64,000 nucleotides of DNA from an uncultured Ruminococcus sp. (GTDB lineage Bacteria; Bacillota; Clostridia; Oscillospirales; Ruminococcaceae): NCBI GenBank assembly GCA_944386525.1, contig CALXBL010000001.1, positions 16,724 through 80,723 on the forward strand, in the 5' to 3' direction. Under the pieces are notes generated by a model. That model searched no databases and was not told where the DNA came from. It saw only the letters and a list, made by a program, of their open reading frames with translations. Position numbers and translations under genes: made by a program. The stretch's first letter is position 1. Each line of letters starts with the position of its first letter. Below are positions 46,185 to 56,466 of the stretch, piece after piece.

Positions 46185-49100
46185 ATGGAAATCAAGAATT
46201 TCAAAAAAACGCTTGCTGCTATATTGTCAGTAAGCACACTGGCATCAAGCCTTGCCGCAACAGTAGTTAGTGCTTATGATGCCTCATCTGTTGATTCTGT
46301 CAACATGACCATGCCTTTGACAACTGCAGGTACAGTTTCAATCGTTGCTTCGTCCGGTTACGAAGAAGGCGCATATGTAATCTGGGCTCCGGTAAGCGAT
46401 GCCGACGGCTATAATGTTTACTGCGACGGCGTTCAACTCGATTCCAGTCTCATCCGTCAGTATTCCGACGGTTCTTTCCGTGCTGACGCTGTAGGCATAA
46501 AGGCTGGCAGCCACACTCTGAAGATAGTCCCCACAAGCGGCGGCTCTGAAATAAGCTCAGCTGCTAATGAAGCAACCGTAACCTCTGTTGCACATGACAG
46601 ATCCGGTTTCGCTTTTGAAAATGGTAAGTCTGCTGTAGGTGCATACAACGAAGACGGTACTCTCAAATCCGGCGCAGTTGTTGTTTATGTAACTGATGAA
46701 AACAAGAATTCTGTATCAGCTAATATCGGAGGAACAACAGCTACAGGTCTACAGGGTATTCTCGACGCTGCTCAGGATAGCTCAGTTCCTGTTGTTGTAA
46801 GAATAATTGGCAACATAACCGACCCATCTACTTTGGATAAAGGTGATATTCTCGTTGATGATGTTACCTGTGGTCTTACCATCGAAGGTATCGGCAGCGA
46901 CGCTACTCTCAACGGCTTTGGTCTGCGTATCAAGAACAGTTCTTACGTTGAGGTAAGAAACCTGGGATTCATGAACTGCGACAGTACTGAAGGCGACTGC
47001 TGCGGTCTCCAGCAGGCAAATACATACTGCTGGGTACATAACTGCGACTTCTTCTATGGCGAACCCGGCTCCGATGCTGACCAGGTAAAGGGCGATGGTT
47101 CTCTTGATACAAAGAAATCCCAGTATATCACCCATTCCTATAACCACTTCTGGGATAGCGGAAAATGCAACCTCCAGGGTGCAAATTCCAGCGATACTTC
47201 AAATTACATCACATATCACCATAACTGGTACGATCACTCCGACTCACGTCACCCAAGAGTAAGAGTGGCTACAGTTCATGTTTATAATAACTACTACGAT
47301 GGCAATGCTAAGTACGGCATTGGCTCTACAACTGATTCTGACGTTTTCGTTGAAAATAACTACTTTAGAAACTGCTCCAAGCCTATGATTATCTCTACAC
47401 AGGGTTCGGATACTGATGAAACACTGTCAGGTGAAACCGGCGGTATGATAAAGGCTTATGGCAACTACATCGACGGCGCTGATTCATACATCACCTACGA
47501 AGGTAACAGCTCAAGCTTCGACTGCTATGAGGCATCTTCAAAGACCGAGCAGGTGCCTGAAAGCGTAAAGGCAGCAAGCGGCGGCGCTACATATAATAAC
47601 TTTGATACTGCAAGCACCATGTACAGCTACGATCTCGACGCTGCAGCAGATGTTCCCGGCATTCTGGCAACATACGCTGGTCGTGTTGACGGCGGCGACT
47701 TCAAGTGGGAATTCGACGATGCTACTGAAGATGATAACTCCGATGTTATTGCAGAGTTGAAGTCAGCACTGCTTTCATACGACGATTCAATCGTTGCTAT
47801 CGGCAGCGGCTTTGAGAACATCAGCGGAGATATCACTACACCCTCTACAACTACTTCCACAACAGGTCAGCAGGGTCAGACCACAACTACTAACGGCGGA
47901 AGCGTTTCCACCGGCGGCTACGCTCACAACTTCACAGAAAACGGAACTACAAGCTCCTTCTATAGCATAACAGGTAATCTGTCCACCTCCAAAGGCACTG
48001 TTACATACAACGGTATGACTCTCACTCAGTGCCTGAAGATTGAAACCTCTACATCTATCAGCTTTAATGCTGGTTCTGCCGGCAAACTAACCATGGTATT
48101 CCTGGAGCCTGAGGCAACTATTAAGGTTGACGGCACTAAGTATGTAGCAAGTGGCGACAGAATCATCTCTGTTGATCTTTCTGCCGGTGCTCACACTATA
48201 ACAAAGGCTAACACAGCTAATATGTACTATATGGTATTCTCTGGCGAAGGCGGCTCTGTTGTTACAACTACTGCATCAAGTACTACTCAGGGCAGCAACA
48301 CAACTACTGCTTCTACAACCAAGACTTCCGGCTCCTCCACAACAAATCAGGTATCCGGCGATCTTGAGGTTGTAAGCTCCGGCGGCTGGAACGAAATGAT
48401 GTATCTGGTAGTATCCGGTATATCCGACTCCGACGTAACTGCTGTTTCCTACAGCGGCCCTGTAACAGGTTCACTCTCCGGCGAAGACTTCCAGTATCTG
48501 GTAAGAGACGTTTCTAACGGCACACGTGTTGATATCACTGGTCTGACTGCCGGTGTATACTCTATCACTATGCAAACTACAAAGGGAGATGTAACAGTTT
48601 CTAACATCGGCGTAAGCGAACAGGATCGTTCCGGTTATGCTCACTTCAACTACACTTCTGGCGTAGGCGCATATAATGATGACGGTACTCTAAAGGATAA
48701 CGCTATTGTACTCTATGTGACAAATGAAAATAAGGACACTGTAACAGTTACATCCAAGGACGGCACATCAGTTTCCGGTATAGGCCATATCCTCAATTCC
48801 GCTGGTAAGGACGCAGGCTCCGGCACAACCTCTAAGGGCGGTATTGCAAACAACAATAACAACATCATACAGAAGCTTGCTGAAGACGGCACTCCACTGG
48901 TAGTAAGAATCATCGGCAACGTTGAAGCACCTGCCGGCCTTACAGCTTATGACTCTGTAGACTACGGCGGTTCTGTTGGTGACAACGGCTTTATGGCAAG
49001 AATGCAGTCCGGTAAGGACGTTACAATTGAAGGTATCGGTACTGACGCTACTATCAATGGCTGGGGTATCCACTTCATCGCACAGTCCTCTGCTCCTGAG

Positions 49101-50273
49101 CTTGGCAAGAGCTTTGAAGTAAGAAATATCGCATTCAGAAACGTTCCTGAAGACTGCCTCGGTATGGAAGGCGTCCAGGAGGATACAACCCTGACAGCTG
49201 CTGTTGAAAGATGCTGGATCCATAACTGTGAGTTCTATGCTCCTACTATTGCAAATCCTGCTGAATCCGACAAGGACGGCGGCGATGGCGCTTGCGACTT
49301 CAAGCGCGGTCAGTACTTCACAAACAGCTACTGCTACTATGAAGGCTATCACAAAACTAACCTGGTAGGTTCTTCCGACTCCAGTCTCCAGTATCACCTC
49401 ACATATCACCACAACTACTGGAAGGACTGCGAATCCCGTGGACCTCTGGCTCGTCAGGCAGACATCCATATGTACAACAACGTATTTGAAGGTCAGACCA
49501 GCTACTGCATGAACCCAAGAGCTAATGCTTATATCTTCTCTGAATACAACTACTTCCTCAATTCCAAGGATCCTATGGAGATCAAGCTGGGCGCTATCAA
49601 GAGCTACAACGACGTATTTGAAAACTGCAAGGGTAATATGCAGGGTACTATCGTAAGCAGCAAGGATGAAGTTGTTTCCTGCGATTGTCTGTATGCAAGC
49701 TTTGAGCTTGATCCCTCTATCAGCTACGTTGCTTCCAACGACTACCTGCTCCATACTGACGTTTATGAACTGAAGAGCATCTTTGAGACTGACGGTGGCT
49801 GCATGGATGAAACGAGCCTCTCCGGTGATGTTGAACCGGGCACAACTACTTCGCCCATAGATACAACAACTACTACAACTACAACAACTACTACCACTGC
49901 TACTACTTCTTCTACTTCTTCCAATACAACTTCAAGCACTACAAATACAACCGGATCTGTTTCCAATACAACTTCAAGCACTACTAACACAACTTTAACC
50001 GTTTCCAGTACAACTACAAGCAAAACAACAGTATCAACAAGTACCATCCAAGTCATTCCAGCTTCTAAATACGGCGACGTCAACCTTGATGAAGTTACAT
50101 CAATGGTAGACCTCGTATACATCAACAAGTATCTTGCTAAGGTTATTACTCTCAACAACCAGCAACTCGCAAATTCTGAGTGCGTAACAGACGGCACTAT
50201 AAATGGCAGCGATGCTCAGGCTCTCCTGAAGTTCCTCGTTCTTGCTATTGATTCACTGCCTATCAATGCATAA
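46185..50273 (+). CDS. Cellulosomal double pectate lyase: Fn3-like + PL1 module, CBM-like beta-sandwich, second Fn3-like + PL1 module, Thr-rich linker, C-terminal dockerin
   Basis: A signal peptide. PL1 signatures occur twice: WVHNCDFFYG...YHHNWYDHSDSRHPRVRVATVHVYNNYY, and WIHNCEFYAP...YHHNYWKDCESRGPLARQADIHMYNNVF. The dockerin reads GDVNLDEVTSMVDLVYINKYL...INGSDAQALLKFLV. Confidence 0.85.
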   Translation: MEIKNFKKTLAAILSVSTLASSLAATVVSAYDASSVDSVNMTMPLTTAGTVSIVASSGYEEGAYVIWAPVSDADGYNVYCDGVQLDSSLIRQYSDGSFRADAVGIKAGSHTLKIVPTSGGSEISSAANEATVTSVAHDRSGFAFENGKSAVGAYNEDGTLKSGAVVVYVTDENKNSVSANIGGTTATGLQGILDAAQDSSVPVVVRIIGNITDPSTLDKGDILVDDVTCGLTIEGIGSDATLNGFGLRIKNSSYVEVRNLGFMNCDSTEGDCCGLQQANTYCWVHNCDFFYGEPGSDADQVKGDGSLDTKKSQYITHSYNHFWDSGKCNLQGANSSDTSNYITYHHNWYDHSDSRHPRVRVATVHVYNNYYDGNAKYGIGSTTDSDVFVENNYFRNCSKPMIISTQGSDTDETLSGETGGMIKAYGNYIDGADSYITYEGNSSSFDCYEASSKTEQVPESVKAASGGATYNNFDTASTMYSYDLDAAADVPGILATYAGRVDGGDFKWEFDDATEDDNSDVIAELKSALLSYDDSIVAIGSGFENISGDITTPSTTTSTTGQQGQTTTTNGGSVSTGGYAHNFTENGTTSSFYSITGNLSTSKGTVTYNGMTLTQCLKIETSTSISFNAGSAGKLTMVFLEPEATIKVDGTKYVASGDRIISVDLSAGAHTITKANTANMYYMVFSGEGGSVVTTTASSTTQGSNTTTASTTKTSGSSTTNQVSGDLEVVSSGGWNEMMYLVVSGISDSDVTAVSYSGPVTGSLSGEDFQYLVRDVSNGTRVDITGLTAGVYSITMQTTKGDVTVSNIGVSEQDRSGYAHFNYTSGVGAYNDDGTLKDNAIVLYVTNENKDTVTVTSKDGTSVSGIGHILNSAGKDAGSGTTSKGGIANNNNNIIQKLAEDGTPLVVRIIGNVEAPAGLTAYDSVDYGGSVGDNGFMARMQSGKDVTIEGIGTDATINGWGIHFIAQSSAPELGKSFEVRNIAFRNVPEDCLGMEGVQEDTTLTAAVERCWIHNCEFYAPTIANPAESDKDGGDGACDFKRGQYFTNSYCYYEGYHKTNLVGSSDSSLQYHLTYHHNYWKDCESRGPLARQADIHMYNNVFEGQTSYCMNPRANAYIFSEYNYFLNSKDPMEIKLGAIKSYNDVFENCKGNMQGTIVSSKDEVVSCDCLYASFELDPSISYVASNDYLLHTDVYELKSIFETDGGCMDETSLSGDVEPGTTTSPIDTTTTTTTTTTTTATTSSTSSNTTSSTTNTTGSVSNTTSSTTNTTLTVSSTTTSKTTVSTSTIQVIPASKYGDVNLDEVTSMVDLVYINKYLAKVITLNNQQLANSECVTDGTINGSDAQALLKFLVLAIDSLPINA

Positions 50274-50279
50274 TTCAAT

Positions 50280-50315
50280 ATGATAAATTGCGGCTGTACC
50301 GGTTTTCGGTACAGC
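50280..50315. terminator. Intrinsic terminator between convergent genes
   Basis: Perfect 12-bp stem, GCGGCTGTACCG / CGGTACAGCCGC, followed by TTTTTTT. Confidence 0.85.
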
Positions 50316-50323
50316 CGCTTTTT

Positions 50324-51097
<774 letters not shown>

Positions 51098-51119
51098 AAG
51101 CATTCTCCTTTCCCCGGCA

Positions 51120-52193
51120 TTATTCATTATGCCGGATTTTTCTGAAATATTGTTCGTTGTACACACACGCCGGATGGTTTGGACGTTCCTCCATTGCCTT
51201 TTTATGCCAGTAGTATGCTTCCTCACGTTGTCCCATTCTGTCATAGCAAAGACACAGCTGCACTGCCGGCAGAAAACCACTCAGCTCCGGACGCACAAAC
51301 ACCTGTGATGACCCCGCAGCTCCGGAGTCTATCGCAGCCCTGTACCATACCGCAGCACCTTTATAATCATTCACCCTTAGTCTTATCTCACCCAGACGGC
51401 AGCATATCTCAGGTGTAGGTCCACCGTACACAAGACTTTCTGCCGCCGCACTGTCCGCCTGCAAGGTGTTGCCTAATGCCATATAGCAGTCGCTCATGCG
51501 CAAGCACGCTTCCTGACAGTCCGGCTGCCATCTGTCGCTTCTCCCGAGATATTCACGGAATACTCCTATTGCAGCTTTATATGCCCTGTTATCAGCAAGT
51601 TCTCTGCCGTAGTAGTAAAGCTCTCTTGCGGAAAACTCATGACCATTTGCTTTAAGCTTCTGGTATATCCTTAGATTGCGGCTGCCGCTGCCTTCACCGT
51701 TTTTTCTGTGGGAGACTGCCGCATCACCGTAGATTATATCCCCATAAGGAACGATACACTCGTGCACCGCACCCACCCACTTAAATCCCCTTTCCCGACG
51801 AAGCAGCCTCTCCCTGTAAAACACAAGTGTAGGCACTCCATCTGAATCAAAGCCCGCCTTGTAAGGAAGCATAACAACGTCGGCACTAAGCCCTTCTTTC
51901 AGCCTGAGAAAACGCTCACGGTTCTCTCCCTCGATAACATCATCTGCGTCGAGCCACAGCTGATAGTCACACTCCGCCTTTGAAAAGGCAAAGTTGCGGG
52001 CTGCTGAAAAATCATCGGTCCACGGAAAATCATAAATCCTTGCTCCATATGCTTCTGCCACTGCTTTTGTATTATCTGAGGATCCGGTATCGACAACAAC
52101 AATCTCATCGGCAATTTCTTTCACTGATTCAAGACATCTGCCCAGCACATCTTCCTCGTTCCGCACTATCATACACAGACTTACCGACGCCAT
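51120..52193 (-). CDS. GT2 (GT-A fold) glycosyltransferase fused to a C-terminal TPR-like helical domain (SunS-like protein/peptide glycosyltransferase family)
   Basis: [18 protein letters not shown]...[31 protein letters not shown] (DXD) and FKWVGAVHE, followed by TPR-like helices ([26 protein letters not shown]...). I chose the start at 52193 (AAAGGAG RBS). Confidence 0.75.
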   Translation of the reverse strand: MASVSLCMIVRNEEDVLGRCLESVKEIADEIVVVDTGSSDNTKAVAEAYGARIYDFPWTDDFSAARNFAFSKAECDYQLWLDADDVIEGENRERFLRLKEGLSADVVMLPYKAGFDSDGVPTLVFYRERLLRRERGFKWVGAVHECIVPYGDIIYGDAAVSHRKNGEGSGSRNLRIYQKLKANGHEFSARELYYYGRELADNRAYKAAIGVFREYLGRSDRWQPDCQEACLRMSDCYMALGNTLQADSAAAESLVYGGPTPEICCRLGEIRLRVNDYKGAAVWYRAAIDSGAAGSSQVFVRPELSGFLPAVQLCLCYDRMGQREEAYYWHKKAMEERPNHPACVYNEQYFRKIRHNE

Positions 52194-52378
52194 AGCTATG
52201 CTCCTTTCTTCATGCAGGCTTACTTTCAGTTTATGCTGCTTTCCCGGATTCGTGAATTGATATGACAGATGAGGAATCTGCAAAGCTGCGTCTTTTACCA
52301 TAATGACTGTCGATGAAACCGGACTCCCTCTGTTTGTGGGTATTGTTAACGATCCGGCTTGACTTTAAAATTATCCAT

Positions 52379-52412
52379 AAAAAAACAGGCAGCTGATTTT
52401 CACAGCTGCCTG
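52379..52412 (-). terminator. Intrinsic terminator after leuA
   Basis: On the minus strand, CAGGCAGCTG - 7-nt loop - CAGCTGCCTG, followed by TTTTTTT. Confidence 0.85.
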
Positions 52413-52426
52413 CTTCATATTTATTC

Positions 52427-54097
52427 TTATGCTATCTCGTGGAGCATACGGTTCAGCGCACTGAGCAGCGCCTTGATAGACGATGTCGCAATATCAGAAT
52501 GAATACCAACACCCCAATATGTTCTGCCGTCTCGCTCGATGCCAACATAGGATACTGCACTTGCTGTAGCCGCTACCTCAAGAGCGTGTTCGGTGTATGT
52601 AGTCAGCACAAACTCCACTCCGATATGAGCCTTCAGTGCATTGTGTACAGCATTGAGTCTGCCGTTGCCTATGCCCTGCACCACCTGAGTATCACCATTA
52701 TGGTTTACTGTTACAGCAGCCTCGATGATGCCGCCATCCTTCTGCACGTAGTGTATCTCAGGTACAGATACGATATCATCTATGTTTACATAAGTCTCCA
52801 TGAATATCTTCAGCACTTCTTCAGGCTGAAGCTCCTTATGTGCTCTGTCGGAGACACCCTTTACCAGATAGCCGAAAGATTCTCTCATTTTTGCAGGGAT
52901 ATCATAGCCATACTTAGTCTCCATCAGATAGCCGATGCCGCCCTTGCCGGACTGGCTGTTGATACGGATAACATCAGCCTCATATTCTCTGCCGACGTCT
53001 GTCGGGTCGATGGGCAGATATGGCACTGTCCAGTGTTCACGCTTCTCTGCCTCTCTCCACTTCATGCCCTTTGCAATAGCGTCCTGATGTGAACCGCTGA
53101 ACGCTGCAAATACAAGCTGTCCGCTGTACGGTGAACGCTCATATACACGCATACGTGTAACACGCTCGTAAACCTTTGTTATCTCCGGCAGATTGGAGAA
53201 ATCCAGTCCCGGCTCAACACCCTGTGAATACATATTCAGTGCCAATGTTATAATGTCAACATTACCTGTTCTCTCGCCATTTCCGAAGAGTGTGCCCTCG
53301 ATCCTGTCGCCGCCTGCCAGCAGTCCCATTTCACTGTCTGCTACAGCGCAGCCTCTGTCGTTGTGCGGGTGGAGTGAGATTATAACGTTCTCCCTGCGGT
53401 TGAGGTGGTCGTTCATATACTCAACCTGGTTTGCGTATACGTGAGGCATTGAATGAGATACTGTTACAGGCAGGTTGATTATAACCTTGTCATCCTCAGT
53501 AGGCTCCCATATATCAATTACCCTATTGCATATCTCCAGCGCAAATTCAGGCTCTGTACCTGTAAAGCTCTCGGGAGAATATTCAAATGTGAAGTGCCCC
53601 TCGGTCTTGGCACGGTACTCCTTGCACATATTAGCACCAGCCTCAGCTATAGCTATTATCTCCTCCTTGCTGCGCTTGAACACCTGCTCACGCTGTGCCA
53701 GTGATGTTGAGTTATAGAGGTGTACTATAGCATGCTTTGCGCCCTTGAGAGCCTCAAATGTCTTTGCAATAATATGCTCTCTTGCCTGTGTGAGTACCTG
53801 GATAGTAACGTCGTCCGGGATCATATCCTGCTCGATAAGCGTACGGCAGAAGTCATACTCCGTATCAGACGCAGCCGGAAAACCAATCTCGATCTCCTTA
53901 AAGCCTATTTTAACCAGAACCTTGAAAAATTCCAGCTTTTCCTCCAGACTCATTGGTGTGATAAGAGCCTGATTGCCGTCTCTCAGGTCAACGCTGCACC
54001 AGACAGGCGCCTTTTCAATATAGTTCTTGCTTGCCCATCTCATAGGCGGATTTTCTACTGGGAAGAACTGTCTTGTGTACTTGTTTACGTTTTTCAT
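52427..54097 (-). CDS. leuA: 2-isopropylmalate synthase (long, LeuA type 2 form)
   Basis: APVWCSVDLRDGNQ, HPHNDRG and a C-terminal LeuA dimerisation/regulatory domain. The start at 54097 has a GAAAGGAA RBS. The track ORF start at 54229 lies inside the T-box leader. Confidence 0.9.
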   Translation of the reverse strand: MKNVNKYTRQFFPVENPPMRWASKNYIEKAPVWCSVDLRDGNQALITPMSLEEKLEFFKVLVKIGFKEIEIGFPAASDTEYDFCRTLIEQDMIPDDVTIQVLTQAREHIIAKTFEALKGAKHAIVHLYNSTSLAQREQVFKRSKEEIIAIAEAGANMCKEYRAKTEGHFTFEYSPESFTGTEPEFALEICNRVIDIWEPTEDDKVIINLPVTVSHSMPHVYANQVEYMNDHLNRRENVIISLHPHNDRGCAVADSEMGLLAGGDRIEGTLFGNGERTGNVDIITLALNMYSQGVEPGLDFSNLPEITKVYERVTRMRVYERSPYSGQLVFAAFSGSHQDAIAKGMKWREAEKREHWTVPYLPIDPTDVGREYEADVIRINSQSGKGGIGYLMETKYGYDIPAKMRESFGYLVKGVSDRAHKELQPEEVLKIFMETYVNIDDIVSVPEIHYVQKDGGIIEAAVTVNHNGDTQVVQGIGNGRLNAVHNALKAHIGVEFVLTTYTEHALEVAATASAVSYVGIERDGRTYWGVGIHSDIATSSIKALLSALNRMLHEIA

Positions 54098-54138
54098 ATC
54101 AACCATTCCTTTCAATAAACCGAATGTGAACACGCAAT

Positions 54139-54445
54139 AAAAAAAGCCTCTTCTATGCCAGATATAGCATAAAAGAGACGAAGATTTGCTTTCTCCGTGG
54201 TACCACTCTTCTTGACGAGAACCGTCCACTCAGTCACATCCTATAATGCGCTTCTCTGTAACGGGAGAAACCCGTTGCCGCCTACTTTAAAATTTCAGCT
54301 GCAAGGCTCAGGGAGGAGTTATCCTGCTTCTACCGTACTGTCTCACACCAAACAACAGCTCTCTGACACGGCTGGAAACATCTTTTTTCCCGTCTTTGCC
54401 TTTTACAATAATTCCGGAGCAGCTATTCCTACACCACTCCCTTTC
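54139..54445 (-). promoter_or_regulatory. T-box riboswitch leader (Leu specifier candidate) with terminator
   Basis: On the minus strand: stem I elements AGAGAG...TGGTGTGAGA...AGTACGG. A specifier-loop candidate ...AACUCCUCCCUGA follows (CUC or CUG, both Leu codons). The conserved T-box sequence is GAGTGGTACCACGGAGA (plus strand 54195-54206). The terminator is CTCTTTTATGC - loop - GCATAGAAGAG, followed by GCTTTTTTT. Confidence 0.8.
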
Positions 54446-54450
54446 CTATA

Positions 54451-54479
54451 ATTTTATCTGATTATTTGTGATTTGTCAA
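54451..54479 (-). promoter_or_regulatory. Sigma-A promoter of the leuA T-box leader
   Basis: TTGACA (54479-54474), a 17-nt spacer, then TAAAAT (54456-54451). Confidence 0.6.
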
Positions 54480-54588
54480 GACCTTTAGACCATTTTTTTC
54501 ATTTTTTTAATTTATGTCCGGCTTTTCTTTAAATATTGTAATAAGATGTATCTCATATTGACAAATTGTAAAAACAAACGTGTGCACC

Positions 54589-54617
54589 TTGCAATCAGCA
54601 AGTTAAAGTGATATACT
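54589..54617 (+). promoter_or_regulatory. Candidate sigma-A promoter for ilvB
   Basis: TTGCAA (54589-54594), a 17-nt spacer, then TGaTATACT (TATACT at 54612-54617). Confidence 0.45.
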
Positions 54618-54705
54618 AAATATTAGGTATTTTTCGGGTATGCTTTATCTGCCGGTCAGTCAGACTATGCCCGATCACACATCAATTACATAAGGGTGAA
54701 AAATA

Positions 54706-56454
54706 ATGAAGTTAAAAGGCGCACAAATCATTATCGAGACCCTGATCGAACAGGGTGCAAAAACTGTATTTGGCTATCCCGGCGGTCAGGTCATTGATAT
54801 ATATGATGCACTTTATCTTGCTAAAGACAGAATTAACCATATAATCACCGCTCATGAGCAGGGCGCATCCCATGCGGCTGACGGCTTCGCACGTGCAAGC
54901 GGTGAGGTAGGCGTTGTTATTGCAACATCAGGTCCTGGTGCTACAAATCTGGTAACAGGCATTGCTACTGCTTATCTTGACTCAGTTCCGCTTGTAGCTA
55001 TCACCGGCAACGTCCCCAACTCTCTCATCGGCAGAGACAGCTTCCAGGAAGTTGATATAACCGGCGTTACCCTGCCCATAACAAAACACAATTTCTTTGT
55101 AAGGAATATCGAAGAACTTGCACCTACTATCCGTGAGGCGTTCCGAATTGCAAAATCCGGCAGACCAGGCCCTGTTCTGGTAGACATCCCCAAAGACGTA
55201 CAGCAGGCTATATATGAATATGAGGCTGCTCCCGTCGTTGAAAAAGATCCTATACCGGAAGTCGACATGGACGCTGTTGCAGAGGCTGCTAAGATGATCA
55301 ATGCTTCTGAAAAACCATACATCTATATCGGCGGCGGCGCTATCACTGATAATGCAGGCAGCGAAATCGCTGCTCTTGCTGATAAGATCGATGCTCCTAT
55401 CGGCTGCACTATGATGGGTATATCCGCAGTTCCCACCAGCAACCCAAGATGGCTCGGCATGGAGGGTATGCACGGTCATTACGCTTCATCTATCGCTCAA
55501 AACGAGGCTGACCTTATTATTACTGCCGGCTGCCGTTTCAGCGACAGAGGTACTGGCAATGTGTCTAAGTATGCAAGAAACGCCAAGATAATCCATATTG
55601 ATATAGACGCATCTGAGCTAAACAAGAATATAAAGGCAAATCTCGGTCTTACAGGCTCTATAAAGAAGGTTTTTGCAGCTCTGTGTGATGCTGTTGAGGA
55701 GAGAAAGCTCCCTCAGTGGAACGCTCGCATTGATGAACTGAAGGCCTATACCGAAGATCTGGAGCGGCAGGGTGATGTGATAACTCCTTTTACTGCCATC
55801 GACGCTATCATGGAGACTGCTGAAAATGCAGGCGAAGATATTATCGTAGCTACAGACGTAGGACAGCACCAGATGTGGGCTGCTCAGCGTTTTGATTTCA
55901 AGACTCCACGTACATTTATCTCAAGCGGCGGCCTTGGAACTATGGGCTTTGGTATGGGCGCTGCTATAGGCGCATCTACCGCCACCGGCAAGAAAACTGT
56001 ACTTATCACAGGCGACGGCAGCTTTGGCATGAATCTAAATGAACTGGCTACTGCTGTTACAAATCAGTCCCCTGTTGTGATATTCGTTATGAACAACGGC
56101 GTACTGGGCATGGTTCGTCAGTGGCAGACTCTGTTCTTTGACAAACACTATTCAAACACAACTCTCCAGAGAAAAACAGATTTTATAAAGGTCGCTGAGG
56201 CTTTTGGACTTCCTGCGTTCCGTGTAGGAAATATTCCCGGTCTCACTTGCTCAAGCAACTGCGGCGACTGCTCCAATATGGACAGCTGCATTGGTACTCT
56301 CGACGAGCTTAAGGCTGTGCTGAAAAAGGCTTTTGAGGTTAAGGGGCCCGTACTTATTGACTGCACTATCGACTGCGACGCCTTTGTACTTCCTATGCTC
56401 CCGCCCGGCGGCTCTATTGACGATATCATCGTAGATCCCACATCTAATGACTAA
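54706..56454 (+). CDS. ilvB: Acetolactate synthase (AHAS) large subunit, with a Cys-rich insertion near the C-terminus
   Basis: Thiamine-diphosphate enzyme motifs are present (GYPGG, HEQGAxHAADGFARA, GLGTMGFGMGAAIGA, ITGDGSFGMN). 582 aa. Confidence 0.92.
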   Translation: MKLKGAQIIIETLIEQGAKTVFGYPGGQVIDIYDALYLAKDRINHIITAHEQGASHAADGFARASGEVGVVIATSGPGATNLVTGIATAYLDSVPLVAITGNVPNSLIGRDSFQEVDITGVTLPITKHNFFVRNIEELAPTIREAFRIAKSGRPGPVLVDIPKDVQQAIYEYEAAPVVEKDPIPEVDMDAVAEAAKMINASEKPYIYIGGGAITDNAGSEIAALADKIDAPIGCTMMGISAVPTSNPRWLGMEGMHGHYASSIAQNEADLIITAGCRFSDRGTGNVSKYARNAKIIHIDIDASELNKNIKANLGLTGSIKKVFAALCDAVEERKLPQWNARIDELKAYTEDLERQGDVITPFTAIDAIMETAENAGEDIIVATDVGQHQMWAAQRFDFKTPRTFISSGGLGTMGFGMGAAIGASTATGKKTVLITGDGSFGMNLNELATAVTNQSPVVIFVMNNGVLGMVRQWQTLFFDKHYSNTTLQRKTDFIKVAEAFGLPAFRVGNIPGLTCSSNCGDCSNMDSCIGTLDELKAVLKKAFEVKGPVLIDCTIDCDAFVLPMLPPGGSIDDIIVDPTSND

Positions 56455-56466
56455 GAGGTGAACATT

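Noticed and set aside
52194-52330. A possible sporulation-type (sigma-K/sigma-E) promoter or a small glycocin-like precursor gene upstream of the GT2-TPR gene.
   Set aside because: There are only loose matches (a CATATCA-like element), and I cannot score them without a matrix. The only small ORF there is an in-frame extension of the GT gene with no RBS. This is not supportable from the sequence alone.
56251-56274. The CX3CX2C motif in IlvB as evidence of a radical-SAM domain.
   Set aside because: The surrounding protein is a canonical ThDP-dependent acetolactate synthase. There is no TIM-barrel radical-SAM core and no SAM-binding GGE motif. Only the spacing coincides. It is retained solely as a possible metal or redox insert.
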